DNA of 64,000 nt from Dehalococcoidia bacterium (GCA_963664695.1 OY761543.1:957799-1021798), one strand, 5' to 3'; counted from the stretch's first letter, positions 1 to 10,328 are shown. Made by a program: numbers and translations. The notes: generated by a model not told the origin, from the letters alone.

Positions 1-2033
1 TCGCTCGTGAATGACAACGTGATGTAGATCTTCCCGCGTCCGGTCTCGACTCGTACGGTCTTTGATTCAAGCACGGCGGGACGGGGCATACGGTTGACGT
101 AGTTGACCACGCCGTTTTCGCCTGATGATTTGGCATCCTCAGATTTTTCGTTTTCGCCCGTCCCGGCGGTCAAGACCTCTTTTTCTCGACTTCCGGCGCG
201 ATATACGGTAATGCCTTTGCAACGCGTCTGCCATGCCAACATGTAGGCTTCCTCGACGTCGCCCTTAGTGGCCTCGTTAGGGAAGTTGATGGTTTTGGAG
301 ATTCCTGCGTCGACGCTTTCTTGGAACGCCGCTTGCATCAAGACGTGGTCTCTAGGGGAAATGTCGGATGCGACGTGGAAAAGGTCCTTCACGTCATCAT
401 CAACATCGACGCGTTCTTGCAATGAATCGCCGTCGGAGAGAGCGTCCAAAAGGTCCGGGCTGTAACAATCTCGATCACGCACGACTCGTTCAAAGTTCGC
501 GTCGGCGTAAATGAGAGTAGTGTCGCCACCAAGAATGTTGTGCTTGCGGTATGCGAGCGAGAAGATGGGTTCGATTCCACTGGAGCATCCGGCGATCATC
601 GAGATCGTGCCGGTCGGGGCAACGGTCAACCGGCAGGCGTTGCGGACGCGCGGGTGCTTCACACCGTTTTCGTGCCATGCGCCGTACGGGCCGCGCACTT
701 CGGCGAGTTCTGCCGAAGCAATATCGGCCTGCTCCATGATGTATCGCATAACGTCGCGGCCGATTACGACAGCTTCGGGAGAGTCGTACGGGATGCCCAA
801 GCTGACAAGCATGTCAGCGAACCCCATGACACCCAAACCGATCTTGCGGGTTTGCAAGTTCATGGCCCTGATCTCAGGAATCGCGTACTCATTGACATCT
901 ATAGTGTTGTCGAGGAAATGGACTGCCAGTTTGACCGCTTGCCCCAGTCGGTCCCAATCAACACCAGGTAGTTTCCGCAGCGAATGAGCTTGGATGCCAG
1001 CGTATTCGGGACGTAGCAGATCGAGTTGCGGCGGGCTACGTTCGATAACCCCAGTTGCAAGTTGGCCGATGACGAACCTAGACAGGTTTATGGAACCTAG
1101 ATTGCAAGATTCGTACGGAAGCAATGGTTGCTCGCCGCAGGGATTCGTTGAAGTTATCAGACCTATGTCTTTAACCGGGCTTTTTCGGTTTACCTCATCG
1201 AGGAAGATCATGCCCGGTTCGCCGTTTCGCCAAGCTCCGTCGATTATTTTCTCGAATACGTCGCGCGCATTTAGCCGGTCCACTTCAACCATTTCGCTGT
1301 CCAGGTCAGCCGGACTTTCTCGGAAACGTAGCGCGTAATCTGTGTCGTCGGCGACGGCGCGCATGAACTCGTCGGAGGCACCGACAGAAATGTTGAAGTT
1401 GTGGATGTCTCCTTCAACGGTCTTGCATGAGATGAACTCAAGAATATCCGGGTGGTGGACATCCATGACCGCCATATTCGCGCCATCGCGTTTGCCGCCT
1501 TGTGTCACGAGTTTGGACGTCGCTGAGAGATAACGCAAAGTCTCGACGGGCCCACATGCCTTGCCATGGGTCGTTGAGATTGAAAACCCTTTGGGCCGCA
1601 ATTCAGAGAGCGAAAAGCCAGTGCCGCCACCGAATTTCTGAACCATCGCTTGATCGTGAGAAGCCCGCGTGATGCCTTCCATCGTGTCCTCCAACGGCAA
1701 CACGAAACAGGCAGAAAGCGTTCCTTGACCCGTACCCGCGTTCATCATCGTGGGCGAATTGGGCAGAAAATCCAAGCTTGCCATCAACTCATAGAAGCGG
1801 TCGGCGATCTGATCAATCCGGTCCGGAGTCGCACCGTAAAGCGTGTCGCCTTTCGCGACCGCGTACGCGACACGTCGGAACATGCCCTGAGCGTCTTCAA
1901 CGATATTGCCGTTGTCGTCCCGGAGCAGATATCGCTTCTCGAGAATCACCTTCGCGTTCTCCGAAATCTCTGTTGCAGAGAATCCGTCGCCAGCGACGTC
2001 AAGGGTCCATTTGCTAGATGTAGTTTGTGCCAT
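1..2033 (-). CDS. nrdJ: Class II (adenosylcobalamin-dependent) ribonucleotide reductase, C-terminal part cut off by the window edge
   Basis: Absent from the ORF track because it has no stop inside the window. My own translation of the minus strand from ATG 2033 (alternative in-frame ATG 2039) reads [39 protein letters not shown]...[26 protein letters not shown]...[23 protein letters not shown]...[22 protein letters not shown]. The frame is open to position 1. The NPCGE and CNLGS regions are RNR large-subunit hallmarks. It lies directly downstream of nrdR. Confidence 0.85.
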   Translation of the reverse strand, partial: MAQTTSSKWTLDVAGDGFSATEISENAKVILEKRYLLRDDNGNIVEDAQGMFRRVAYAVAKGDTLYGATPDRIDQIADRFYELMASLDFLPNSPTMMNAGTGQGTLSACFVLPLEDTMEGITRASHDQAMVQKFGGGTGFSLSELRPKGFSISTTHGKACGPVETLRYLSATSKLVTQGGKRDGANMAVMDVHHPDILEFISCKTVEGDIHNFNISVGASDEFMRAVADDTDYALRFRESPADLDSEMVEVDRLNARDVFEKIIDGAWRNGEPGMIFLDEVNRKSPVKDIGLITSTNPCGEQPLLPYESCNLGSINLSRFVIGQLATGVIERSPPQLDLLRPEYAGIQAHSLRKLPGVDWDRLGQAVKLAVHFLDNTIDVNEYAIPEIRAMNLQTRKIGLGVMGFADMLVSLGIPYDSPEAVVIGRDVMRYIMEQADIASAELAEVRGPYGAWHENGVKHPRVRNACRLTVAPTGTISMIAGCSSGIEPIFSLAYRKHNILGGDTTLIYADANFERVVRDRDCYSPDLLDALSDGDSLQERVDVDDDVKDLFHVASDISPRDHVLMQAAFQESVDAGISKTINFPNEATKGDVEEAYMLAWQTRCKGITVYRAGSREKEVLTAGTGENEKSEDAKSSGENGVVNYVNRMPRPAVLESKTVRVETGRGKIYITLSFTS

Positions 2034-2100
2034 TTCCATTCACCAATTGGTCACGTTTCGTCAGCCAACCTAATAGTTCTAAAGTTCCCATCAAATACGT

Positions 2101-2628
2101 TTAATTTCGGCGAGCCGGCCCGCCGTTGCCGTTGGAGGCAAGGCTGGGCAAAAGATCTCCTTGCAGTCGAGACTCCTGCGACTCTGTCTGTTCGAGGCTG
2201 CTCACTTCGGCAGCGAAACGATCTATGTCGTCGAAGTCCTTGTATACCGAAGCAAAACGCATGTACGCCACATGGTCGAGCGATACGAGCCGATTTAGCA
2301 CCATCTGACCAATAACACCAGATTCGATGCGCTCTCGGCCGTTGTTAAAGGCTCTTTCATGAATGTCGTCCACAATCTCCTCGATGGCCCCAACCGGCAA
2401 ATAGCGCTTGGCGCAAGCGATCTCGATGCTCCGCGTGAGCTTGGCATCGGAAAACTGCTCCAACTTGCCGCTGCGTTTCTCAACCATCAGCTTCGAATTG
2501 TACACACGTTCTAGCGTAGTGAAACGAAATGCGCATTCGTTACATTCACGCCGCCGTCGAACCGATTCGTCCCTCACCCGGGTTTCGATCACTCTAGTAT
2601 CTGGATGTCTGCAATTTGGGCAATGCAT
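2101..2628 (-). CDS. nrdR: Transcriptional repressor NrdR (zinc ribbon + ATP-cone)
   Basis: The 175-aa ORF starts MHCPNCRHPDTRVIETRVRDESVRRRRECNECAFRFTTLERV (CxxC...CxxC zinc ribbon), followed by an ATP-cone-like region. It sits immediately upstream of nrdJ. Confidence 0.95.
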   Translation of the reverse strand: MHCPNCRHPDTRVIETRVRDESVRRRRECNECAFRFTTLERVYNSKLMVEKRSGKLEQFSDAKLTRSIEIACAKRYLPVGAIEEIVDDIHERAFNNGRERIESGVIGQMVLNRLVSLDHVAYMRFASVYKDFDDIDRFAAEVSSLEQTESQESRLQGDLLPSLASNGNGGPARRN

Positions 2629-2687
2629 CGCAGGTGCGTTTCACTTCTTCGACGGAAGCCCCTCCATTGTGTTTTACCAACTCGCCA

Positions 2688-2703
2688 ACACTATATCTAG
2701 TGC
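2688..2703. promoter_or_regulatory. Candidate NrdR box (16-bp palindrome) about 60 nt upstream of the nrdR start, with a weaker second box at 2711-2726
   Basis: ACACTATATCTAGTGC closely matches the published NrdR-box palindrome (acaCwAtATaTwgtgt). The second site, GCAAAATATACAACAA, matches only in its left half. The box centres are about two helical turns apart. Confidence 0.55.
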
Positions 2704-2886
2704 TAGTAGCGCAAAATATACAACAATTCAGGAATGGATGCGCTCGATTTTCCCGACGATTCGGAGATTTGTAAAGAATCTGAAACATCGGACAAAGCGT
2801 GATTTCGCGTGGTCTTGCCGCGGTGCGCGACGAGATAGACGCGCCATGATTGGGCATTACGCCGTGGATCGTAGCGCGAATGGTCG

Positions 2887-3996
2887 CTAACGACGATCTT
2901 CCGTGAACCGCTGATACTCGCGTTCTAGGGAACGATCCGAAATTCGCCGGTTGGCATCGCTACGGGATTGCATTTCAGATTCAGCTCTCTCAACCATTTT
3001 TTCGCCATACGCATCGATCTCTGAGATGTCTTCGAATCCGGTTGCGATGATCGTGATCTTGAGCTCGTTTTCCATTCGCAGGTCTTGCGTCGTCCCAAAG
3101 ATGATCTCGGCATCGGCATGCACCTGTTGTTTGACCGTTTCCGATATCTTGCGGACTTCGGCCATCATCAGATCAGGGCCGCCAGTGATGTTCAGCAGAA
3201 CTCCGGTTGCACCATTGATCTTGATTTCGAGCAACGGTGACCTCAGTACCGACGAAATAGCCGCATCTGCGCGGTCGATACCGTTTCCCTTTCCTATCGC
3301 CATCCACGCCGGTCCGGCGTCACGCATCACCGTCCGGAGATCGGCGAAATCCAAGTTGATCTCTCCCGGCAGCAACAGCAACTCCGTGATCGACTGGATT
3401 CCCTGTCGCAACACCTCATCGGCCATTCGAAACGCTACCTCGACCGAGGTGTCAGGTGCCGATACCAACAACAGGCGTTCGTTCGGGATCACTATCATCG
3501 TGTCAACTTCCTCGGCGAGTCGAGCCAACCCTTCCGCCGCCTGTTTGTCACGCTGGTACCCCTCAAAGGGAAACGGTTTTGTGACTACGCCGATAGTTAG
3601 ACAGCCCAATTCGCGCTTAGCGATGTTGGCAACTACTGGTGCACCGCCGGTCCCGGTTCCACCGCCCATTCCAGCAGCAACAAATACCAAATCGGCGCCG
3701 GCTAAGACTTCTCGAATCTCTTCGCGGCTGTCCAAGAAACATTCTCGTCCGATTTGGGGATTACCGCCGACACCCAATCCACCAGCGATTCGGTCGCCGA
3801 CGCGAAGACGCATCGAAGCTTCCGTGTGCGCCAGCGCCTGAGCGTCCGTATTCGCCGCGATGTACTCGACGCTTGGGATACGACTTCGGTACATCCGCGT
3901 GAGCGCGTTTGAACCGCCACCGCCAACTCCAACTACCTTGATGTTGACCGAAGGATTTCGCCTACGCCTGATCGACGTTGATAACGATGTTGACAA
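2887..3996 (-). CDS. ftsZ: Cell division GTPase FtsZ (copy 1, next to ftsA; no canonical C-terminal peptide)
   Basis: The 369-aa ORF carries VGVGGGGSNA, the tubulin signature GMGGGTGTGGAPVVA, and the T7 loop NLDFADL. Its C-terminus ...SDRSLEREYQRFTEDRR lacks an IPxFLR-type motif. Confidence 0.9.
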   Translation of the reverse strand: MSTSLSTSIRRRRNPSVNIKVVGVGGGGSNALTRMYRSRIPSVEYIAANTDAQALAHTEASMRLRVGDRIAGGLGVGGNPQIGRECFLDSREEIREVLAGADLVFVAAGMGGGTGTGGAPVVANIAKRELGCLTIGVVTKPFPFEGYQRDKQAAEGLARLAEEVDTMIVIPNERLLLVSAPDTSVEVAFRMADEVLRQGIQSITELLLLPGEINLDFADLRTVMRDAGPAWMAIGKGNGIDRADAAISSVLRSPLLEIKINGATGVLLNITGGPDLMMAEVRKISETVKQQVHADAEIIFGTTQDLRMENELKITIIATGFEDISEIDAYGEKMVERAESEMQSRSDANRRISDRSLEREYQRFTEDRR

Positions 3997-4160
3997 CTTG
4001 AACCGATACGTCCTTTGACACGCGAGCCATCAGCTGTTGCGTTTGTCCAACAAATTGATATGTGTCAAGGATGCCCCGTGCCGTGCAATCTAACTTTACA
4101 CCCAGCGGACCGTTGCAACGCGCGCCATCTCGGCGGGCACTTGCGGCCTCTGGCGACCAT

Positions 4161-5492
4161 TCATCGCCCCAGTAACGAACGTATCCGAGCACCAACACCC
4201 GGCGCGGCATTTGCGGTCTCTGGTTCCACTTCCGGTTCTGGTGGTGGCGAATGCAAGATCGTAATTGGCTTACGTTCGACATGGTTGTCGCGATCTATTC
4301 GGTCTAAAGCACGCATGGCCATGCAGATTGCACCCGACATCGCCGGGTCGCTAATGTCGTCTGGCAGACTCTTGATGCCGGTGGGCTTGCGCACCTCCAC
4401 GCGGCCCCGCAGCCCCATCGCTAACTTCGAGAAGGTTGTGATCCCACTTAACTTGGAACCACCCCCGGTAAATGCGACCGTAAGGAAGTCGGTTTCCGGC
4501 AACCCCGGTACCTGAGATATCCGGGATTTGTACATCGCCATCGTTTCATCTGCTCTCTCTTTGAGCAGATTCGAAACAGACACCCTAGTCAATGAACGCT
4601 CGACGTCCAGCACCCTTTCGGTCCCGGTCAACGCACTCGGGTCGATCTCATCGTCGAAGCCCATGGTGTCGCCGACTAGCGTCCCGGCGGCAAGTTTGAC
4701 CGCTTCGGCGTTTTCGAACGGCAACTCGTAGGCGTATGCGATGTCGTTGGTAAAGTGAAATCCGCCGATGGGCAATGAAGTGAACAATACCGCTTGACCA
4801 TGGTGATAGACCGCGATCTCGGTATCGCTACCACCGATGTCGATCAGCACAACTCCGGCGTCACGCTCGTAGGCGCTGAGAAGATACTCCGCCTCGGCGA
4901 CCAAGGTGGAACCACCGTGGATGGGTGTCACGCCAGCGCTGCTAACGGCATCGAACACGGTGCGATAGTGCGCCATATCGGAAACCACCAAAAGCGCTTG
5001 CACTTCCAAGCTATCGGGATGCATTCCAACGGGCGGTTTACGAAATTCGGTGTCGCCGTCGACGCGATACGCCGTTGGTGTGGCATAGAGAAGATGGTCG
5101 GTTGATTCCACTCGTTGCGACGCGGCTTGCCGTACCGCCTCGACAATGTCTTCCTCGGTCACTCCGGCCGCGAAATCAAATCCTGAGACTTTGCCCCACC
5201 CAGAATAAGAACCAACGTGTTTGCCGCCAAAACCAACGTAGGCTTTTGTGAAACTCAACGAGCATTGGTCGGAAACTTCGCTCACCGATGCTCGGACGGC
5301 CGCCGTGGCTTGGTTTCGATTCATAACGTCGCCGTCGTGGATCGATTCGCTGGGCAACACGTCGATCGCCAAAATCTCCGGCTCGTTGTAGTTATCCCGC
5401 CGAATCACGACGCTACAGACTTTGCTGCTACCGACATCGATAGCGAGTCGAATGTCCTCGTTATACATCTGGTTCGACGCTCCTTCGTTCAT
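4161..5492 (-). CDS. ftsA: Cell division protein FtsA (actin-like ATPase)
   Basis: The 443-aa ORF has AIDVGSSKV, IDIGGSDTEIAV and FTGGGSKL phosphate-binding motifs. The C-terminal amphipathic ...GARIRSLLGR looks like a membrane-targeting helix. It is directly upstream of ftsZ. Confidence 0.85.
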   Translation of the reverse strand: MNEGASNQMYNEDIRLAIDVGSSKVCSVVIRRDNYNEPEILAIDVLPSESIHDGDVMNRNQATAAVRASVSEVSDQCSLSFTKAYVGFGGKHVGSYSGWGKVSGFDFAAGVTEEDIVEAVRQAASQRVESTDHLLYATPTAYRVDGDTEFRKPPVGMHPDSLEVQALLVVSDMAHYRTVFDAVSSAGVTPIHGGSTLVAEAEYLLSAYERDAGVVLIDIGGSDTEIAVYHHGQAVLFTSLPIGGFHFTNDIAYAYELPFENAEAVKLAAGTLVGDTMGFDDEIDPSALTGTERVLDVERSLTRVSVSNLLKERADETMAMYKSRISQVPGLPETDFLTVAFTGGGSKLSGITTFSKLAMGLRGRVEVRKPTGIKSLPDDISDPAMSGAICMAMRALDRIDRDNHVERKPITILHSPPPEPEVEPETANAAPGVGARIRSLLGR

Positions 5493-5514
5493 GCGAGCCG
5501 CAGCTCGGTTGCTG

Positions 5515-6501
5515 TTAGATCCGCCTAGCTACCCTAAGTTTGGCGCTCCGACTACGCGGATTCGCTTCGACCTCCGATGCCGTTGGCATCAACGCACCTT
5601 TGATAACCGGCTCCAATGTGGGCACGTGATTGCACGTACATACGGGAGAGCGGCGGCTGTCGGCATCGCAAATGCAATCCGATGCGGCGGTGCGAATGAA
5701 GTTTTTCACTATCCTGTCTTCTATTGAATGGTAAGAAATCACCACCATCAGTCCTCCCATTCCCAATACATTCACCACCTGTTCCAACCCGATTTCCAAA
5801 GCCTTCATTTCGTCGTTTACGGCGATCCTCAATGCCTGAAATGTCTGAGTGGCCGAGTGGATGTGTCGCCGTCCCCGCGGCTTTACCGACGAAATAATCT
5901 CTGCAAGTTGCTGCGAGTCTTTGATCGGTCGGTTTCTCACGATTGCCGACGCAATTCGGCGAGATGCGCGCTCGTCGCCGAACCGATAGATCAGATCGCC
6001 CAACTCGCGTTCCGGATAGGTGTTGACTATCTGACTCGCATCCAACTCGCTGTCGCTCGAAAAACGCATATCAAGCGGATCTGGTCGGCGGAACGAAAAT
6101 CCGCGTGCCTCGCGATCGAGTTGCAGCGACGATACCCCAAGATCCATCAGTACCCCATGCACGGGTGCAAACCCGTAGCGCGTCGCGACTGCTTGCATCT
6201 CAACAAAGTTTTCATTCACTAATCGAACGGAAGAACCGAACTGTTCCAGGCGTTTTTCAGCTGAAGCGATAGCCTCGGGATCAGCGTCAATGCCGAGCAG
6301 CTGACCACCTGGAGATGCGGCGTGAAGAATGGCACGTGCGTGACCGCCCTCACCGACCGTCGCGTCTAAGTAGCGTCCTCCCGGTATGATCTGAAGAGCA
6401 TCCAATACCTCAGAAAGCATGACAGGCTCGTGAAAGTCCGGGTTTGTGCCGGATGCGTCTGCGCTCATTTTGGTCGTTGCCAATTGGCCATTCACAATCA
6501 T
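5515..6501 (-). CDS. rsmH: 16S rRNA (cytosine1402-N4)-methyltransferase RsmH/MraW
   Basis: The 328-aa ORF has HEPVMLSEVLDAL, DATVGEGGHA and DLGVSSLQLD motifs and occupies the usual position at the head of a dcw cluster. Confidence 0.92.
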   Translation of the reverse strand: MIVNGQLATTKMSADASGTNPDFHEPVMLSEVLDALQIIPGGRYLDATVGEGGHARAILHAASPGGQLLGIDADPEAIASAEKRLEQFGSSVRLVNENFVEMQAVATRYGFAPVHGVLMDLGVSSLQLDREARGFSFRRPDPLDMRFSSDSELDASQIVNTYPERELGDLIYRFGDERASRRIASAIVRNRPIKDSQQLAEIISSVKPRGRRHIHSATQTFQALRIAVNDEMKALEIGLEQVVNVLGMGGLMVVISYHSIEDRIVKNFIRTAASDCICDADSRRSPVCTCNHVPTLEPVIKGALMPTASEVEANPRSRSAKLRVARRI

Positions 6502-6708
6502 GTAGCCAAGCCGCGGCGATTATTGCCGCTTACGCCCAAAACGTCGCCGCAAAGATCGAACATTGGTCCATTGCGTCGCCCTACTTAGATTTTGGGTATT
6601 GTCTTCGGATTCTAGGATTCGCCCTTCTCAGGATTCCATATCGTGTGACGCATTCAGGACGCGTTATCATCGGAAAAACACCCAGTGCATCTCCCTTTGT
6701 CCCGCCCA

Positions 6709-7230
6709 ATGGCTAAGAGCATCAAATACGCAGTATTGACCAGCAGCGACTCCGGATTTGCGGGCGAACGACAAGACATCGGCGGTGACGCCGTTGTCGA
6801 ATTGATGGCTAGACACAGCCACGCACTGAGCCAAAGGTCGTTGGAACCTGACGACCGAGACAGATTGATTGAACGACTTCGCGCGTGGTCGGCGCAACCC
6901 GATATCGAACTGATCTTGACCACCGGAGGCACCGGTTTAGGCCCGCGCGATGTGATGCCGGAAGCTACGTTGAGCGTCGTCGAATATGAGGTGCCGGGAC
7001 TTGCCGAAGCCATGCGAGCCGAATCCCTCCGAATCACCCCCATGGCGATGCTCTCACGCGCCGTCGCGGGTGTCGCAGAACGCACGCTTATCGTGAATCT
7101 CCCCGGCAATCCCAAAGGTGCGATCGAAACATTGGAGGTGGTTTTGCCGGTTCTCGCCCATGCCGTCGAAATCATCCGCGATACTCACGCGGGTGACCAT
7201 CCGATCCAAAGCCAACATCGTCACCAGTGA
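6709..7230 (+). CDS. mogA: Molybdenum cofactor biosynthesis protein MogA/MoaB family (molybdopterin adenylyltransferase)
   Basis: Motifs LILTTGGTGLGPRDVMPEAT and NLPGNPKGA are present. I prefer ATG 6709 (MAKSIKYAVLTSSDSG) over the GTG 6685 given in the ORF track. The stop overlaps the trmD start (GTGA). Confidence 0.8.
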   Translation: MAKSIKYAVLTSSDSGFAGERQDIGGDAVVELMARHSHALSQRSLEPDDRDRLIERLRAWSAQPDIELILTTGGTGLGPRDVMPEATLSVVEYEVPGLAEAMRAESLRITPMAMLSRAVAGVAERTLIVNLPGNPKGAIETLEVVLPVLAHAVEIIRDTHAGDHPIQSQHRHQ

Positions 7231-7961
7231 AGTTCCATGTCGTAACGCTTTTCCCCGAGATGTTTGACGGTCCGATAACTTCAAGCATCATTGGGCGCGC
7301 AGTTTCGAACGGGATAATAGAGATCGAGTTCGTCAACCCGCGCGACTTCACCACTGACAAGCATCGAAGCGTTGATGCTCCGCCCTACGGCGGTGGCCCC
7401 GGCATGGTGATGATGGCGCCGCCGTTGGCCAAGGCCGTCGACTCCATCAACGATCAATACGGGACCGGTCACCGGCCCATGACGATCCTGATGTCGCCGC
7501 AGGGCATTCCGATGAATCACAAAATCGCGAACGACCTTTCAGATATCGCCGCTATCACGCTAGTTTGCGGTCACTACGAAGGGGTCGACGAGCGTTTTAT
7601 CGAAGAGTACGTCGACCTCGAGATCAGCGTCGGCGATTTCGTCATGACAGGAGGCGAGATACCAGCCATGGCCATCATAGATTCGGTGACCCGTCTCTTG
7701 CCTGGAGCGCTCGGAAGCGACGATTCCACCATAAGCGAGTCTTTCTCGGTCGCGAGTGGCGGGATGCTAGAGGGTCCCGTCTACACGCGTCCTCCCGAAT
7801 TTCGTGGGCGCCGCGCACCTGAGGTGCTGCTCAACGGAAATCGCCACGAGGTCGAGCGGTATCGAAAACGCGTTGCCGCAGAGCGGACCATGGCGCGCAG
7901 ACCTGACCTCATCCATGGATGGGGACCCGATCCCGAAGACGGCGAATCAAATCCACACTGA
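7227..7961 (+). CDS. trmD: tRNA (guanine37-N1)-methyltransferase TrmD
   Basis: The 244-aa ORF has VVTLFPEMF, ILMSPQG and CGHYEGVDERF motifs. Confidence 0.93.
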   Translation: MKFHVVTLFPEMFDGPITSSIIGRAVSNGIIEIEFVNPRDFTTDKHRSVDAPPYGGGPGMVMMAPPLAKAVDSINDQYGTGHRPMTILMSPQGIPMNHKIANDLSDIAAITLVCGHYEGVDERFIEEYVDLEISVGDFVMTGGEIPAMAIIDSVTRLLPGALGSDDSTISESFSVASGGMLEGPVYTRPPEFRGRRAPEVLLNGNRHEVERYRKRVAAERTMARRPDLIHGWGPDPEDGESNPH

Positions 7962-8225
7962 CTTCAATCGCGTTAAAACCGATTGATCACCATCAATCGC
8001 GATGGTCTTGTTTCGCGACTTCGCTCCAGCAATGATCCGGACCTTGAACTTCGGCACCTTCAGCGCCTTTGAAATGACCTTGATGGTGGCCTCGTTGGCG
8101 GCGTTGTCTACCGGTGCCGCCTTCACCCGCACCGACAAAACCTGCGATTGAGGATCCCATGCGACGACCGCGTCCACTGACGAGCGCGGAGTCCCCCAGA
8201 CTGAGATTCGTTGCTCAACAGTCAT
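7947..8225 (-). CDS. DUF167 / YggU-family small protein
   Basis: The 92-aa ORF contains VKAAPVDNAANEATIKVISKALKVPKFKVRIIAGAKSRNKTIAI, which resembles the YggU fold family. It overlaps the birA stop by 11 nt. Confidence 0.6.
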   Translation of the reverse strand: MTVEQRISVWGTPRSSVDAVVAWDPQSQVLSVRVKAAPVDNAANEATIKVISKALKVPKFKVRIIAGAKSRNKTIAIDGDQSVLTRLKSVWI

Positions 8226-9048
8226 GGCGGTCCGCCCTCATCGTCACCTCTCCGGCGGCCACCGCGCGCAGATGGCCGTTCGGCTCCCGAATTAACAATC
8301 GACCGAATTCATCGACATCCTCCGCGACACCCGAAACAATCTCTCCAACGTTTCGCTCCGAAGCCATCGTGACTTCGACGTATGAATTCAACACGCTCAA
8401 CCGATCTCGCCATTCTGGCATGATCGATTCGCCCCACACTAATGCGTCGTAGAGTTCGTTCAAATTAGCCAACAACACACGCAGGACTCTACGCCTATCG
8501 ACCACCGTTTCGATACGCAAGACCTCCCGAATGCTTGTGGCATCGTATTCCTGCAAGACGTTGTCGGCCTCAAGGCGATTCACGTTTAACCCAATCCCGA
8601 TAACACCGACGAAAGAACTTCCCGTGGTGGCGCTCTCCGCGATCACGCCGCAGATCTTATTGCCATCGACTAACACATCGTTCGGCCACTTGATGACTGA
8701 TCTGCGCGTGGTCAATTCGTCGACGGTCTTCGCAGCCGCCAACGCGGCCATAGTCGTCAATTCGCCTGTGATCGCCAAGCGCGGGCACAGTATTACGGAA
8801 GCCAATAAGTCTTCGCCATGGCTCGAATCCCAACTCCGACCGAATCGCCCTCTCCCGCTCGTCTGCTGGTCGGCAATTATCACAGTCCCGTCCAATGTCT
8901 CCGATTCGTCGGTCTCTTCGACCAACGTTCGCGCCACGTCCATGGTCGATGTTGTGTTTCGAAGGTGAATGACCCGCGTTCCGATGCGACCTTGGAATTC
9001 GTTTTCCAAGGTTGTGAATTCGGACGATTCGACTGGCTTGATAGACAT
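8215..9048 (-). CDS. birA: Biotin-[acetyl-CoA-carboxylase] ligase, group I (no N-terminal HTH)
   Basis: The 277-aa ORF has QTSGRGRFGRSWDS (the GRGRxGRxW biotin-binding loop) and KWPNDVLVDGNKICGVIAE. Confidence 0.88.
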   Translation of the reverse strand: MSIKPVESSEFTTLENEFQGRIGTRVIHLRNTTSTMDVARTLVEETDESETLDGTVIIADQQTSGRGRFGRSWDSSHGEDLLASVILCPRLAITGELTTMAALAAAKTVDELTTRRSVIKWPNDVLVDGNKICGVIAESATTGSSFVGVIGIGLNVNRLEADNVLQEYDATSIREVLRIETVVDRRRVLRVLLANLNELYDALVWGESIMPEWRDRLSVLNSYVEVTMASERNVGEIVSGVAEDVDEFGRLLIREPNGHLRAVAAGEVTMRADRHDC

Positions 9049-9122
9049 CTTGATTGATGGCAGTTATATCGTTGATTGTCTGACCTATCGGCCTCGAAGA
9101 CAAAGTTCTACCACCGGTTTTT

Positions 9123-10328
9123 ATGGAAATTCGCCAAGTAAGAGACGATGAATTCCTGAAATGGCGCATCGCCGTCAGGGCGAGTCAGGGCTTCCACACG
9201 ACACCAGACGACACGGTGTTCATGCGTGCACACCGAGTGGAGATCGATCGGTTGTTGGCGTGTGTAGACGGGGACAGGATCGTCGGGTGCGGCGGCGTCG
9301 ATTCATTCGAAATGACGCTTCCGGGCGGCGCGCAGGTGCCGATAGCGGGCGTTGGATATGTTGGGACCTCTCCCAGCCATCGGCGGCGGGGCATCTACCG
9401 AAAGATCATGAACCGCATTCACGATGACGCCAGGGATAGGGGCGACCTCGCAACGACGTTATGGGCGAGTCAGAGCAACCTTTACGGCCGGTACGGATAC
9501 GGCAACTCGATGCCTGCCTACAACTGGCAGATCGACATGCGGCACACGGCGTACGCGCACTCCCCGTCTTGGACAGGTCGCTTCTTGGAACCACAGCGCG
9601 ATGAAGCTATTCCGTTGATGACGGAGGCGTACGACCGTGCGCGCGTCAATCGCCCTGGGATGATCACTCGAACGCCAAAGAGATGGGAGTATGAGATCCA
9701 TCCCGTCCACACCAAGGACGAGTACTTTGTCGTCTACGTGGAAGGCGAAGATTCTCTGGCGTATGCGAGGTACACCATCGAAAAGAACCCGGAGGATGAT
9801 TTTAGAGGCACGCTGCATGTGGTTGAAGCAGTTGCGGCGACCGATGCGGCGCATGCCGCGTTGTGGCGATATCTTCTCGACTTGGAACTCGTCGACGATC
9901 TCAAGGCACACGCCCGCCCAATCGACGACCCGCTCGTTTGGATGCTGGCAGAACCTCGCCGATTGCGCCGGACACTTACCGATGCCATCTGGATGAAGTT
10001 CCTCAACGTTCCCGCCATGCTCGAGCGACGGAATTACACGGTCGAGGATTCGTTGACGCTGCAAATCATCGACGCGGAAAGCAAACAGCCGCGGAACCTC
10101 GCAGTCGAGTTTGGCACCGAAGGTACGACTTGCCGCCCGACCTCCGCCACGCCAGACCTTGTGATGAACGAGGCTGAGCTCGCCGCCATGTACGCGGGCG
10201 CTGTCGAATGCTCGATGCTGGCCAGCCTCGGGTTGGTCGAGGTATCGGCGCGTAGCTCGGACGCTGCGCTGCGCGCGGATGCCATCTTCAGGACAAACCC
10301 CGCCGGCTGGAATCCGTATCACTTTTAG
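9123..10328 (+). CDS. Eis-like GNAT N-acetyltransferase with C-terminal SCP2-like domain (paralogue 1)
   Basis: The 401-aa ORF has GVGYVGTSPSHRRRGIYRKIM (acetyl-CoA loop) and LYGRYGYG. Its length and three-domain layout are typical of the Eis family. Confidence 0.7.
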   Translation: MEIRQVRDDEFLKWRIAVRASQGFHTTPDDTVFMRAHRVEIDRLLACVDGDRIVGCGGVDSFEMTLPGGAQVPIAGVGYVGTSPSHRRRGIYRKIMNRIHDDARDRGDLATTLWASQSNLYGRYGYGNSMPAYNWQIDMRHTAYAHSPSWTGRFLEPQRDEAIPLMTEAYDRARVNRPGMITRTPKRWEYEIHPVHTKDEYFVVYVEGEDSLAYARYTIEKNPEDDFRGTLHVVEAVAATDAAHAALWRYLLDLELVDDLKAHARPIDDPLVWMLAEPRRLRRTLTDAIWMKFLNVPAMLERRNYTVEDSLTLQIIDAESKQPRNLAVEFGTEGTTCRPTSATPDLVMNEAELAAMYAGAVECSMLASLGLVEVSARSSDAALRADAIFRTNPAGWNPYHF

